From positions 1 to 13,579 of the IMG/VR virus record IMGVR_UViG_2695420792_000010: a DNA stretch of 13,579 nt, one strand, 5' to 3'. A program made the position numbers and the translations under genes. This document shows positions 13,203 to 13,579 of the stretch, in pieces (position 1 is the first letter of the stretch; each line of letters begins with the position of its first letter). Below the pieces are notes generated by a model. It did no database searches. It had not been told where the DNA came from and saw only the letters and a program-made list of their open reading frames with translations. Origin of the DNA: a virus. Its lineage: Duplodnaviria; Heunggongvirae; Uroviricota; Caudoviricetes.

Positions 13203-13331
13203 ATGGATTTCGACACAATCATGGAAAAGGCTTACGAAGAATACTTCGAAGGCCTTGCCGAAGGCGAAGAAGCTCTCAGCTTCAGTGAGTTTAAACAGGC
13301 GCTTTCCAGTTCGGCAAAATCTAACGGCTGA
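13203..13331 (+). CDS. ydfB: YdfB-like small acidic protein, 42 aa (not in the ORF track, under 60 aa)
   Basis: ATG at 13203 preceded by AGGTGAG; MDFDTIMEKAYEEYFEGLAEGEEALSFSEFKQALSSSAKSNG; stop TGA 13329-13331. Resembles Qin YdfB as recalled. Confidence 0.6.
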   Translation: MDFDTIMEKAYEEYFEGLAEGEEALSFSEFKQALSSSAKSNG

Positions 13332-13360
13332 TAAGCGAAACAGCACCGCGAGGAATCAGT

Positions 13361-13579
13361 ATGCAGAAACGAGAACCCGTCATCATCGCGCCAGACTATA
13401 CCGATGATGAACTTTATGAGTGGATGCACCAGAAAATTAATGCAGCGCAGGATCTGAAATGGGCCAATGAAGCCAGGGCTAAGCAGGCTGAAAATCTGTC
13501 CGCTCTGGAGCAGGATATCACTAATCTGGAAAAAGCAGCGGCATTAAGCATTGCCAGAATGATTACATACCCGCGTTAA
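13361..13579 (+). CDS. ydfC: YdfC-like protein, 72 aa
   Basis: ATG preceded by GAGGAA; MQKREPVIIAPDYTDDELYEWMHQKINAAQDLKWANEARAKQAENLSALEQDITNLEKAAALSIARMITYPR; stop TAA is the last codon of the window. Resembles Qin YdfC as recalled. Confidence 0.7.
   Translation: MQKREPVIIAPDYTDDELYEWMHQKINAAQDLKWANEARAKQAENLSALEQDITNLEKAAALSIARMITYPR

Noticed and set aside
12965-13429. Upstream extension of the ydfA-like ORF (start 12965); GTG-initiated 69-aa ORF 13198..13407; minus-strand ORFs 12991..13218, 13149..13346 and 13232..13429
   Set aside because: The extension has no ribosome-binding site while the internal ATG at 13046 does. The 69-aa ORF is in a different frame from a well-signalled 42-aa YdfB-like ORF. 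The minus-strand ORFs are antisense to the ydfA/B/C-like genes.
1-13579. Integrase, attachment sites, IS elements or rRNA
   Set aside because: No integrase-like ORF, IS-type terminal inverted repeats or rRNA-like sequence seen; the prophage boundaries lie outside this window.

Overview
This window is a decayed, mosaic lambdoid (Qin/Rac-like) prophage segment from an Enterobacteriaceae (E. coli-like) genome, read here mostly on the minus strand. The most interesting part is an AT-rich insert between the replication module and a hok toxin gene: two convergent genes (365 aa, and a 192-aa protein with a PD-(D/E)xK nuclease-like motif) that I cannot assign to any characterised system and that look like an anti-phage defence or abortive-infection cassette. 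All identifications rest on reading the sequence and on recalled protein families; no database search was run. In phage order (high to low coordinate) the window holds: an immunity switch (CI-like repressor with HTH and S24 peptidase, divergent from a DicC/YdaS-like Cro and a YdaT-like protein) with 16-bp operator-like repeats; a plus-strand pL-like operon (ydfA/ydfB/ydfC-like); an O-like replication initiator carrying CGTGAC iteron arrays; three small translationally coupled ORFs; the AT-rich cassette; a Hok/Gef type I toxin with structured flanks; a DUF968 protein, RusA and a Q-type antiterminator; a late promoter-terminator pair; two phage-borne tRNAs (CAU and UCU anticodons); an AT-rich, apparently gene-poor interval where Stx phages carry stx; a short NanS-p-like esterase; and, abutting it, a 5'-truncated side tail fiber gene with collagen-like repeats. 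Lysis, packaging, head and tail genes are missing between the esterase and the tail fiber, which indicates a large internal deletion.
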